A stretch of 63,227 nt of DNA, counting the filler, from Asterionella formosa (lineage: Eukaryota), in assembly GCA_002256025.1 (NCBI GenBank). It is 16 parts of 16 records of this genome, joined end to end, with 100 filler letters (N's around TTAATTAATTAA, not from the genome) between each part and the next. Parts side by side here need not be neighbours in the genome. Positions count along the whole stretch, not along the records: positions 11,909 to 15,775 come from NKIB01013864.1; positions 15,876 to 19,754 come from NKIB01013865.1; positions 19,855 to 23,718 come from NKIB01013866.1; positions 23,819 to 27,682 come from NKIB01013867.1; 12 more parts are not named here. One strand, 5' to 3'. Position numbers and translations under genes: made by a program. The notes under the pieces were generated by a model. That model did no database searches. It had not been told where the DNA came from and saw nothing but the letters and a program-made list of their open reading frames with translations. Each line of letters opens with the position of its first letter. Position 1 is the first letter of the stretch. Of the stretch, positions 12,264 through 24,052 are shown piece by piece.

Positions 12264-13769
12264 ACAGGTTGCCGATCTGTTGATATTCTCTCATTGAAGG
12301 TCAAGGTACAGATTTAGAACCCTTTTATGGCTGTGACAAAATTTGCTGGTAATTGGGTCAGTTTTTCGATCAAAAATATGATCAATGTATCATATAATTA
12401 TGATGATGCAGTAAACTTTTACCAAGCTTGAAGTATGATGATACTATCATAGTTATAATACCATTGCATCATATAATTAGATAAACATGGTCATATGATG
12501 TGTATACTTTTATCATACATCTATCTTAGCATGATCGTAATTCTCATCAATATCAATGTTCAAAATAGGATGAAATTGATCGATATTTAGAACTACATTT
12601 AGCTAAGAATGGTTCTTTGATTCTATCATATCTTAAGTGGCTACAGAATGTTCTACAATGCTCTCATCACAATGATTGTTGGTGCCGCTTTCACTTCCAC
12701 CTCCCCCTCCCCCAATCCAATTCTGAAGGTTGTTGTACTGGTTGCCTTGCCGTTGTTCCCCTGCTTGCTTTGTTCCATTTACTCCTGATGGATCTGAGTT
12801 TGCATTCAAGCATTTTCCTATTACTATTTAATCCGTTTCGTTGTCCCATCCATACTAACAAAGAGGAGCAATTCATTGTTAGCTGTTCATGTTTTGGGTT
12901 ACACAACAACATTCATTTCGCTTCTATCTTGCTTCACTTACCACAAATTGAGGAAGTAACTGATGCATATTTCTGTAGAAGAATGTATCAGTCGAAGATT
13001 GAATGAGAAGCAAAGTATCGATCAATAAATGGGCTCCAACACTGCTGTTTGTAACTTACAATTACTGTTTGTCTACCATTATCCTGAAAGAAGCAACACA
13101 TATGTGTCAGTTTTTCTAACAGTTGTAGATTGATCCAAAGATGGCTGATAGGCAGCACTTACCGATTTCTTTTGTCCACAGCCATTGATGGTTGGCCAGT
13201 CACCAAATCGAAAAGGAGCTATTGAATCACTGAAAGGGGACGAGTCATTCCGTAATTGTAATCTCAACAATTGATAATCCTGGCATATGCTCTTCACATG
13301 CTGTGATACTATACACAGCTTGTTGATTCCGCCCTACTCCGCCCATCATATTCACTCCTTCTTAGCCGCATGGTGTATTGTTACTTCATTTTCGTTGCTT
13401 GAGATCCTTCATTTCAGGAAGTGGATGCAGCATGACAAGGAACATGAAAGTCATTCGCTCTTGACTTACCATCAATTGATTCCGCCCTTCTCTTCTAAGC
13501 CGCAAGTATCGCTCATTGTGCTTTATTATCACTTTCGTTTTCCGCGTCATCATCTGTGTTAATCCTTCGATTCAGGAGCAAAGTGTATGCCTGACAAGGA
13601 ACCACGACATGAAAACATGATTTCAAATGTTTCAGCCATGAATACATATATATAAAGATTTTTAAGAAGTTTAAATGAATATATAGTTGAACATTCTCAT
13701 AGTTTGAAACACCCTCATGATACGGCACATCCTGTGTATACTTTCATCAATTTTGATTATACATAATTC

Positions 13770-15775
13770 AAATATATACAATGCATGATGAGTTCATAGT
13801 TTTCCACAATCTGTTGAGTTTTTTCAATTTTTGTTGTGTCAATTCTTGTACCTACAAGTCAGTGGCTGATTTAATTAAGCCCCTTAATAAACGGGAGTCA
13901 TCACCAATTTTTCAAATGGTCGAAATCATACATTTATGTATATACTGGTTTATACAATGCGGAAATGATGACCACCAGACTACCAATCCTATAGGTCCTG
14001 TAGAATTATCGCAACATAGCTGCATATCTAATGAAAGGGCGGGAGGAGTCATCCATGCACCTGTATAGTATGAAATATGGAAATGATCAAATATAGCTAT
14101 TCTACACAAGGAGCAGTGCATCATATATGCCCTGCTGTTGTTATTTTAATTCCTATGAAATCTTGCTCTTGATCTATTCTGCGCTTTTTCGCCACAATTG
14201 TTTTCATTGGCTGTTTCACTGGACAGCATTCGAATTGATTATGCTTTGAACGAAGCAATGATCAAAGTCCCCCCATTGCAGATTAAAATTGGACTGTCTT
14301 TTGTGCACCCTCGCTCGTTGTGTTTGTACTGGACTTGGCAGCTGTCAGCCAAGAGCAGCCATGGCATGTCACCATTTATTGTCTATACAAGTTTCGAATG
14401 CGTTCATCTTTGATAACTTTTGCTCCCCCCTCCTAAACACTATCTCACCACCCTTGTTGTAGATTTTTCTTTATCCTTTGGCTTCACAGGCCCAGGTTAC
14501 TCAATGCCTTCATCTGCAAGGATTTCAGCCAAGCAGATCCACGTTGGCGTCAAGAAAACCTCAACCCCGATTTTCCTCACATGCTCCACCCATTGAATTC
14601 TTCATTGATGAAGTCGAGGTAGCTATACTGACGACATCAGGTGGCGCAGGCTTGTGTATAGATTGATGATGCTGAAAGCATTGCTTCCTTTTCCCGTAGG
14701 TACCTATTTGTCAACATTGTTTGGGTCAATCTATTCTTGTTCCCGCAAGACCAGCAGAAGCAATTATCCCTTTACTTCTCCTCCCAATAACCTTCATTTC
14801 TCTTTCACAATTGTCCTGATGATGTTTGCAGAGCATTTTTAGTTCCCTTTTGGTTTTTCCACTGGTTTCGATCCCTTTTGCATTCAAGTCAAGAAACAAG
14901 CAACTCATTGAGATTTCTGGAGGTCTTGGTCAGTGGCACCATAAAGCAACAATCAACAGATCATGGCGGCTGTTATACATTTTCTGTAGCAAGTGACATT
15001 CAAGAAGGGACTGGGATCATTGGGAAGAAAAATAAGTAGGATTCTCTGTGTTTGTCCCCGCCCATTTGGCAGCCATTCTACGATTGCTTCCTCTCAATCA
15101 ATACTAGTATAGCAAATGAAAACCGTAATTAGATGAAATGTGACTTCCGGTTTCTAATATTTTACATTGTTGCACTATTGAAACTTGAATCCATAAATGG
15201 GCATTCAACTTGTGCTTCTTGCATTTTTGCAGTATAGACTGGCTGGTGGGCGATAGGCCAAGCAAAGTGTCTCGCTTTTCATGAACATCTACAAGGTACT
15301 AGTGCTTTTGTCGAGGTTTGTGTCTAATACCAACTGCTGCCATCCATTGAAATATTCCAGATACATCAAAGAATAGCTACGCTCCTGTCTTCAAAGGTAA
15401 GGAACTAGTACGATGACAAAGAAAATCTCATGAGACATGAAAATTACGAAACCAGAATCACTCTGTTACTTTAAATAGATGGCACAGTCTCATGCTTCTT
15501 TGTGCATATCGCCTGCTATGCTGCGTTTCAATTCTAGATGTATTACAATCTTGTTAGAGAGACGATGTTACGGAGAAGTAGATTGTGCTGTTCTATAATG
15601 GATGTTGTTTACTAGCTATGATTGAGGTTGTAACACTGACCGATGCTCCAGTGACAGACCGGCCGGAAATATTCGTCTTGTGTGATGAGCCATTTCCTTT
15701 TCATTGGATTGCTTTTCAAGCTCTTAACGGATTGCATAGTACGAACATACTGTGCAATGTAGATGATGATTCATC
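13770..15775. repeat. Dispersed repeat family A (probable non-autonomous DNA transposon), long copy
   Basis: Highly similar to 49110-51404 (direct) and to 18950-19754 (inverted). It has no intact ORF. Confidence 0.85.
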
Positions 15776-15876
15776 NNNNNNNNNNNNNNNNNNNNNNNNN
15801 NNNNNNNNNNNNNNNNNNNTTAATTAATTAANNNNNNNNNNNNNNNNNNNNNNNNNNNNNNNNNNNNNNNNNNNNC

Positions 15877-16698
15877 GACAAGTGTTTCGTTCCCAGTGAT
15901 GTCTTGAACCAGGCAGCCCGTGATCGTAAGGTGAAACCGTCTCAAATTGTTCAGTACGGCTTGCCAATTCGAAAAGGATTTTGGAAGCAATCACATGGTG
16001 ATGCAATCCCTGACACAACAGCCAATGATAGGGAGACAATCCGCCAAGCGCTTGGAATTGATTTAAAATTGCCAACTGTATTAGTGGTTGGTGGTGGTGA
16101 TGGAATGGGTGGTATAGTGGATATTGCTATATCGTTGGGTGAAAAACTAGGAGATGGAAGCGATTCCCCTGCGTATCAAATGATTGTTGTATGTGGAAAT
16201 AACAAGGTCGCCAAGGAAGCGCTTTTAGAAAATGAATGGGGAAACGGAGTGAAGGTCGAAATTCAAGGTTTTGTCGATAATATGGATGAATGGATGCGAG
16301 CATCGGATGCTCTGGTCACCAAGGCTGGCCCTGGGACTATTGCGGAAGCATCCATCTGTGGTTTGCCGTGTATGCTATTTTCATTTCTGTAAGTGCACTA
16401 TGCTACTAGAATACTTCTGCTTTCTCTATGTTTTATACATTCGAAGAAACAACTAACCTTGAAATTCAGCCCCGGTCAAGAAGAGGGCAATGTTCCGTAC
16501 GTGGAGAATTCTGGGTTTGGAAAATTTAGTGGAGACCCCAGTATAATCGCTGAAACAGTCAGTTCATGGCTGGCGTCACCAGAAACGATGGCAGAGATGA
16601 AGCAAGCAGCTTTGGCAGCTGCTAGACCCACAGCAACCCTCGATATAGCGAAGGATCTTGCTGAGATGGTCTTTGCCACAAAGGGGGCGAAACAATAG
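15877..16698 (+). CDS. MGD: Monogalactosyldiacylglycerol (MGDG) synthase, GT28 family, 5'-truncated at the contig edge; intron 16389-16469
   Basis: Motifs 'YGLPIRKGF', 'VLVVGGGDGMG', 'VVCGNN' and 'MDEWMRASDALVTKAGPGTIAEA'. Splicing the GTAAGT...CTAAC...TTCAG intron joins 'LFSFL' to 'PGQEEGNVPYV'. Confidence 0.93.
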
Positions 16699-16795
16699 AA
16701 CGTTTGCTTGATGGAAAGACGAATATTAGAATATGTAGCATAGCTACTAATTTATCAACGTCACCACGTTTCGTATAACCCAATGGCACATCCAG

Positions 16796-17434
16796 CTACG
16801 CAGGGTTTATCATTGAGCCACCCGGCCTCAATCCACCAACTCCTGAAGGAAATGGGCCTCGCATATCTGGATCAATGCCTTGATATTCCATGGTTGCTCG
16901 ATCGCCATTAAAATCCGGAGCACGCTTGTCTCTCGTAAACAAAACCTCGCCTGTAAATTCGTCAATTATCTCTTCAAAGTCCTTGAGCATCTCCATATCA
17001 TTAACGCGTACTACAACGACTTCAGGCATACAGGCATTGAGCCACATGGCTGCTCGTCCTAATACTGTTTCACGGCGGTGCCAGAATGCTCCTGAAAGCG
17101 ACAGTATTACCTCGGGTCCTTCGACATCGACAAACTCGAGTTCCCCGGTAATTCCAAACGACGTAGGCCATGCATGACAGCCGAACATTTGCTTGCCATA
17201 ATCAGATTGAATAAAGACATCCAAGCAAGATCTCACATTGCCTTCATCAAGTGGCATCGTAGGAGCAATTGCATCTGAACGCCAGTCGTCATAGACATTG
17301 AATAGTGAGGTGGATTGACGAATAAAGAATGGAGAACTTGGTTTTCTGAGCCATCCATTGACCACTATTACTGTGAACCCATGAGCGTTCCAGAGAGCCA
17401 AAATGATTTGTATAAGGAGAAGACGAGGAATCAT
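16796..17434 (-). CDS. Plastid-targeted NifU/NFU C-terminal-domain-like protein (212 aa), lacking CxxC
   Basis: The ATG at 17434 gives a signal peptide 'MIPRLLLIQIILALWNAHG-F' with Phe at +1 (ASAFAP-like). The domain reads 'GELEFVDVEGPEVILSLSGAFWHRRETVL...LNACMPEV'. The longer 350-aa ORF extends into repeat DNA. Confidence 0.7.
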   Translation of the reverse strand: MIPRLLLIQIILALWNAHGFTVIVVNGWLRKPSSPFFIRQSTSLFNVYDDWRSDAIAPTMPLDEGNVRSCLDVFIQSDYGKQMFGCHAWPTSFGITGELEFVDVEGPEVILSLSGAFWHRRETVLGRAAMWLNACMPEVVVVRVNDMEMLKDFEEIIDEFTGEVLFTRDKRAPDFNGDRATMEYQGIDPDMRGPFPSGVGGLRPGGSMINPA

Positions 17435-17544
17435 TTTGTACCGGTACCAGGGGTAATGATAATGGGTTCTTGTCGGCAAGAAGTCCTTTATATAACGGCA
17501 ATTCCCGCTCCAGGTAGCGTCTTGCCATTCGGGTACTTCTGCTA

Positions 17545-17640
17545 AGTAATTTTTAGGCTTTAAGTAGTTTCTTAAGTAATTTTTATTTAGGGGCAAAATG
17601 GGGCACATCAAATTTTTCGGCATTAAGACAGCCAGAATAA
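17545..17640. repeat. Dispersed repeat family B terminus (MITE/TIR-like)
   Basis: 'ctaagtaattttt...taagtaatttttatttaggggcaa...gggcaca...atttttcggca' also occurs at 37260-37335, with a more diverged inverted copy at ~32735-32820. Confidence 0.6.
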
Positions 17641-18596
17641 CGGTAAAATACATAAAAAGGGTCCAGCACGAGTAAAACACACAAGAATGATTGTAACAAC
17701 ATTCAACATCAATGAAAATTGAACATGATGTTTGGAGCAACCAAAGCATGAAATGCGATGCAATAAGTAGCATCAAATGAGAAATAGAAAAAATGTTTTG
17801 GGTTAGAAATGAAGTAAAAAATAGGAGTTTCAATGGAGACATATGCATTGTAGCACTTACACAGGCAACAATGATGACTTTCCATCACACCATCAAAGAG
17901 CGAAATGAAACAGATAAGAAGAAAAAAGCTCAACCCAATTGAAATCTGTATCCTGATGTAGTGTAGATGATCTGGTTGCTGCAACCATGAACATCGCTGT
18001 AGTAGCCTGACCCAGCCAAGTTGCCTGGTGCAGTCATTCCGCCCACAGTCGTTCATCCCATCAAACAGCAGCCCTGATCATTTCATTCCAATCCGTTCTG
18101 ATTGATCGAGATTGTCAGGAAGCTCCAGCACTACCAACTCCCTCTAGCTGATCATTAATGTAGCTTGTGATACAAACTCGTAGTAGAAATGTAGCAAAGC
18201 GCGTTAGTACAAGAAATGCATTGCTTGGCAGCAATATTGACATCATGGTCAATGACTATACAAAAAAAATACGATCAAAAACAAAACATCTTCAAAGAGA
18301 AGTCATCGATAAATACATTGGTTCTTATATGGATAGATACAATCGAATCAAAAAGACAGTGCGGAATGACAAACAACGATGGAAGCGATCAAAAAGGACC
18401 ATGGAAGCAATCAAATCGAAAATTCGACAATCGTATCTATAATCACATTCAATGTTTCGCTGTTGTACTAAACATTCCACTTTAAAAAGCATAACACACA
18501 GCAGACGATGGGCTCAAAAGAAAGTCGAAAGTTCCTGTTGCAAGCCCAAATTGAGCAACGGTAGGCAGGATAGAGCAAGTACCACGTAAGTGTGTA

Positions 18597-19754
18597 CGTC
18601 TGCAAATAAAAACCATCATATTCCTATGATGTATCATAGGATTTTGATCATCTGATCATAATTATTCGTTATATCATCTAATAATTTTGATATATGCCCT
18701 CGTAATTCAAATAGTAACCCTTTTGAATATGGAAATAAAATTATAATATGTATTGTTTCTTTTAGGTTCCTTTATTTAAATTTCTTGGTAGGATAACGTA
18801 CCAGATAAAGTAATGTGGTTTGGCTCATCATCCTTGCCAGTCCTTACTCTGATTCTTGCAACAACGACAAAGCAGCGCGCCATGTCGAGAGGAACAAGTG
18901 TTTGTGATAAAATCTTCATTTGTCGTTCAAGTCATCATATGTCTTCGATGAATCATCATCTACAGTGCACAGTATGTTCGTATGCAATCTGTCAAGAGCT
19001 TGAAAAGAAATCCAATGAAAACGAAATGGCTCATCACACAAGACGAAAATTTCCGGCCGGTCTGTCACCAGAGCATCAATCAGTGTTACAACCTCAATCA
19101 TAGCTAAACAACTTCCATTATAGAACAGCACCATCTACTTCTCTGTAACATCGTCTCTCTAACAAGAACGTAATACATCTAGAATTGAAACGCAGCATAG
19201 CATGGTGCGATATGCACAAAGAAGCATGAGACTGTCTATTTATAGTAATAGAGTGATTCTAGTATTGTAGTTTTCATTTCTCATCAGATTTCCTTTGTCA
19301 TTGTACTAGTTCCTTACCTTTGAAGACAGGAGTGTATTCTTTGATGTATCTGGAGTGTTTCAATTGATGGCAGCAGTTGGATTTAGACACAAACCTCGAA
19401 AAAAGCACTACTTTGTAGATGTTCATAAAAAGCCAGACACTTTGGCCTATCAACCACCAGTCAGTCTATACTGCAAAAATGCAAGAAGCACAAGTTGAAT
19501 ACCCATTTCTGGATTCAAGTTTCAGTAGCAGTGCAACAATGTAAAATATTAGAAACCGGAAGTCACATTTCATCTAATTACGGTTTTCATTAGCTATACT
19601 GGCTAGTATTGATTGAGAGGAAGCAATGGTAGAATGGCTGCCAAACGGGCGGGGGCAAACACAGAGAATCCTACTAATTTTTCTCCCCAATGATCCCAGA
19701 CCCTTTTTGAATGTCACTTGCTACAGAAAATGGAGCACAGCTACCCTGATCTGT
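18597..19754 (+). repeat. Dispersed repeat family A, inverted copy including one terminus
   Basis: Starts 'gtctgcaaataaaaa'. 18950-19754 is the reverse complement of ~14955-15775. Confidence 0.85.
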
Positions 19755-19854
19755 NNNNNNNNNNNNNNNNNNNNNNNNNNNNNNNNNNNNNNNNNNNNTT
19801 AATTAATTAANNNNNNNNNNNNNNNNNNNNNNNNNNNNNNNNNNNNNNNNNNNN

Positions 19855-20065
19855 TAAAATTGTGAATTCCCATTGCACAGGATTCAATTTGCGCGAAAAA
19901 TAAGCAAAAGGGTGATTTTCCTGCATAATTACGGCTCCCATCTGAAAATCAGAGGCATCTGTATAAATATGAAAGGGGTTGTTATTATCGGAATAGCGAA
20001 GCAAACATTCTGCTGGCTGCTATAACAGCCTTCATATGATCAAAGACTTTTTGATGTACTATGTC
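19855..20065 (-). mobile_element. Ty3/gypsy RT-connection/RNase H fragment
   Basis: 'HQKVFDHMKAVIA' followed by 'LRYSDNNNPFHIYTDASDFQMGAVIMQENHPFAYFSRKLNPVQ'. Confidence 0.85.
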
Positions 20066-21100
20066 TGCATTTTTGGAGACATAATTCTCAGGTGGGATAC
20101 ATGGTAATTTTCCATCAGGATATGTATTTTTGTCAAGAAATTTGTTTAAAACCTTTTTAACATCTGACACTTTACGACGTTCACATCCAATATCGGGATT
20201 ATCAGCATCTTCAGTTGAAACCAGCAGGCAATCAAGACAAACATATCGTCGATATAATCCATTACCACCCCTGACACCACAAATTTTTTTGTGCTCTTCT
20301 GTATCACCAATGATCATGCCAATCTGGTAATAAACTTTTGTCATACCAAGACCATGAACCCAGATATCGTATGACTTGTTTGGATCTTCGAAAGGCAGGC
20401 GACAATAGAAATCCTGTAACAGAATTGTATAATTTGAGTCTATATAAGGACAAGTCGTCACCAGATAACTTATTATTCATTTGTTTCTCCAGATCACTGA
20501 CTTCAATGTCTGGCCAAAGAGATACCAATTGCCATCCATCCACTTTTTCCCTTCCTCTCTCTCTAACGCTAAGTTTAACATTGTCAACAAAAACGGATGC
20601 TCGGAATGTTTCATTTGTTTATCAATAGGTGAATCATCAATGAAAACTGCTAGGGCAACAAATAAACACCCTGTCTTGCCTTCAACACTCCATTTTCTGA
20701 TGCAGGAGAATTGTTGAATGCATTTTCAAACCAAGTCGCAGAAGTTACGTTGTCATATATGCGTTCTCCACAAGTTGTAAGTTTCACTTGTGGGTGACAT
20801 ACAAAATGTTGCATGATATCGGAATCACGTAGCAATCCTGCCATGAGCTGTACTGGTTCGAAATAATGGAGTGTGCGTGGGATGATCATATTTGAATTGT
20901 TATCAATCTGCAACAGCTAATGTTGGTGGAAATGAAATATCCATGCGTTTTTTCAAAGTCTGGTAGGATGGAGCTTGATACCTTCCATCAAAATATTTCA
21001 TTGCTTTGGCCTTGAACAGCCATTTCATTAGATGATCAAAGTAAACTGGTGGAAGGTAATTCTCGTTAAGGAATAACAGGAGTTCAAATTCGATTGGATG
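20066..21100 (-). mobile_element. Frameshifted Plavaka/CACTA-like transposase
   Basis: Fragments across several frames: 'ERIYDNVTSATWFENA', 'FVALAVFIDDSPIDKQMKHSEHPFLLTMLNL', 'WQLVSLWP' and 'GMIIGDTEEHKKICG...CLDC'. Confidence 0.65.
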
Positions 21101-22706
21101 CGTTTAGAGAAAAATCCATTGCATTTTCAGGGAGGAAGCCGGTGTGATCTTGGAAATCTAAATATTGCATGGTCTCTGAATTCAACCCTTGGAGAGTTTT
21201 TAGTCTCAATTGTTTGTCTTGTTGTGACTGAATATTTTTATAAACTGAATCGTCGCTGTCATCATGAAATGGATGATTGTGTCCACTTGATTCAAGGATA
21301 GGACACATAATCTCTTCTTGTTGTCTACTCTCCCTAAATGCTGCAGCAGTTACACTGCCATTAACTTCTTTCCTTGAATGATTCGATGCACTACCGCAAT
21401 ACATAGTTTCATTATGTATTCCAGGAACTCGATGTTCTTGCATGCAATGTCGACAGTGACCAAATGCATAGAAAACACGGTTGTGAGACTCAGATGGGGA
21501 TTTGTTCGTCCGAAATTTGTAGTTACACAGATAAAACCATTGTAATGTCCGCAAAGACATTAAAAATTTCAAATGATGATAAAGTCAGGATATGAACAGG
21601 ATAGAATGAAAATGAATTATTAATAATAAATTTAGCATCACTCCGATCATGCTGTGCTGGACAATACAGAGTCGTGAAATTATCACTCCACCATAGTAGT
21701 AAAAATGGAGGGATACCGCTACATACAGTACAGGGGCCACTACTAGTAGTATAGAGCAACATCAATGTTTTCCTAATATCTATGATATGGTTTGTGCATT
21801 GTAGAAGTCTCACCCATTTTATTATGTAACTACTAAGCATGCATTGGATTCTATTAGATCCATTCAAAATCAACGTCGTCATCAATGTCTCGTTGATTAA
21901 TGCGGTCCTTGTAATCAATATTCTTCTCAGGAACATTTGATTAGAGTGGTTCAACATATTGATGCATATCCTCTTCACTTACATTGGGAAATGAGAAGTA
22001 TGAGTTTGGGTAGATGATATTTGTCATGGAAGTAGCAATTCCACTAGGATTCCTTCCACCCACCTAATAAAGTCATCAATATCCATAGTCTGGAAGTTAT
22101 ATTCTGTTAGACCAGCTGGTGTGTCATGAATTATGTTAGCATTTTTAAATTCAAACATATTTGAGAAGAATATAATCACCAACTCAAAACATCATGCTTT
22201 CAGAGCATCTCCCACCCTGCAAGAACTTACCTAAGATTCCTTTAAATTGATTATTCAATACATTCTGACATTCTCTCAACTTTTTAATGCACATGCCACC
22301 AAATGTTGATTTGATGTAACCTAAACGTTTTTTGTTGGTAAGTTCAATGGTTTGATTCATCGGAAGTAGTGCATCAGAACCATTCCATATGAAATCGATC
22401 GGTAAGCTCTGGGTCACTCTCCAATTCTTTGCCTAACTCCAGTTTCACTGTGTATAGCCGAGTTAGGCAACATTGGGCAAACCAATCCTGTTTGTGATTG
22501 GAAATGCCTTTTATACTACTTGGACCAGATAGGCAGGGCGGGATGTTTGATTCTCTTTTGGGACCAGAAAAAAGCACATTAGATTGATATTCTGTTTTAC
22601 AGTACCTGCAATTCACGAACTATAACCTCAAACTTACATGTTCACAGCAAAACTTCTTGGTCTTGAAAATAAAACTCACAACCTTTGTGACAATTGATAG
22701 TTTGGT

Positions 22707-23252
22707 TTAATTTTTGCTAAGCGGGAGCGACGTTCTGATAAGGCTGCTGAAATTCAAGATTCTTGATAACCTTGTATGGACAAGCGAGTTTTGAACCGAA
22801 TTACGACCTTTGTAGTGATTGAGTTCATTGACCAATTGATAATATCCTTTGGCAAAAGCAAAATTTTTTCCCCTCAGTTTGTCATGTACTTTTTGGTCCG
22901 TGCGATTAGAAAATTTATAATATGGTACCATGTCTTCCATATGCATCCGGGAGTTATTAATGGTATCATCAACAGGAGCCATTTTTCTTGTATCAACAAC
23001 TGAAAAAGAAATGTCATCATCACTTTCAGTATCAATTACGGGAGCCTTTGTACTAGTAGATGATGGTGTCCCCATCGACAATGGGATAGTACACCCACTA
23101 ACTCCCTGTCGCTGATTGGGTTCCTTTAGATAATCGCCTGTTCGCTTTTTCTTTGTTAACTCATTTTGGTACTTCCTTCTTTGTTCCATACCGGCAGCAT
23201 TTGCCACATGTCGCTTGTTTCCATGAACCTCTTTATGGTTTTTTGAAGACAT
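22707..23252 (-). pseudogene. Probable accessory ORF of the Plavaka-like element (hydrophilic, unknown function)
   Basis: Long ORF lying between the transposase and the subterminal repeats. No recognisable domain. Confidence 0.35.
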
Positions 23253-23474
23253 TGCTTGTACTACTAGATAACTGTTTTCATTCTCTTCCTTAAAGTTTGA
23301 TGATCTTAAAATCAGGTGTTGCAAGCTACAATGAAATGAATCATCAGCCACTACAAATAATAATTTACGCTGTCTAGATATGATACCATAGAACCAACAG
23401 TGCTATTTACATTATCATATACAAAATCAGAACCGAGTTTGAGTAATAGCATATCTTGTTTTCAATTGTACAAT

Positions 23475-24052
23475 TATACAATCCTAAAAATATGATGATT
23501 TACTGTCCCGCTACAGTAGCAGGGGTCATGAACATATTGTGTTCTGTTGCTCGCTTACTACTCCGACTACTCTCTTTCAATTTTACGATCATACAATCCT
23601 AAAACTATGATGCTTTTTGTACCGCTGCAGTGGCAGCAGTCCTGAACAAATGGTGCTCTGTTGCTCGCTTACTACTCCGACTATTATTTTTCAATTTTAT
23701 GATCATACGATCCTAAAANNNNNNNNNNNNNNNNNNNNNNNNNNNNNNNNNNNNNNNNNNNNTTAATTAATTAANNNNNNNNNNNNNNNNNNNNNNNNNN
23801 NNNNNNNNNNNNNNNNNNGTCCTGAACATATGGTGTTCTATTCTTTGTAGTTTTACAATCATACGATCCTAAAACTATGATGATTTACTGTCCCACTGCA
23901 GTAGTAGCAACAGTCCTGAACATATGGTGTTCTATTGGTTTTTAGTTTTACAATCATACGATCCTAAAACTGTGATGATTTACTACTGTCCCACTGCAGT
24001 AGCAACAGTCCTGAATATATGGTGTTCTGTTGCTAGTTTACTACTCCAACTG
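23475..24052 (+). repeat. Tandem ~80-115 bp repeats on both sides of the spacer (probable subterminal repeats)
   Basis: 'atac[ag]atcctaaaa.tatgatgatttactgtccc.ct.cagtagca...tcctgaaca.atggtg' is repeated at least 5 times. Confidence 0.85.

Noticed and set aside
15877..17434. MGDG synthase plus NifU-like gene as a functional plastid gene cluster
   Set aside because: Only two convergent genes in a compact genome, with no evidence beyond adjacency.
17435..17848. 138-aa N-terminal extension of the 350-aa ORF
   Set aside because: It runs through AT-rich repeat family B. The ATG at 17434 gives a proper signal peptide.
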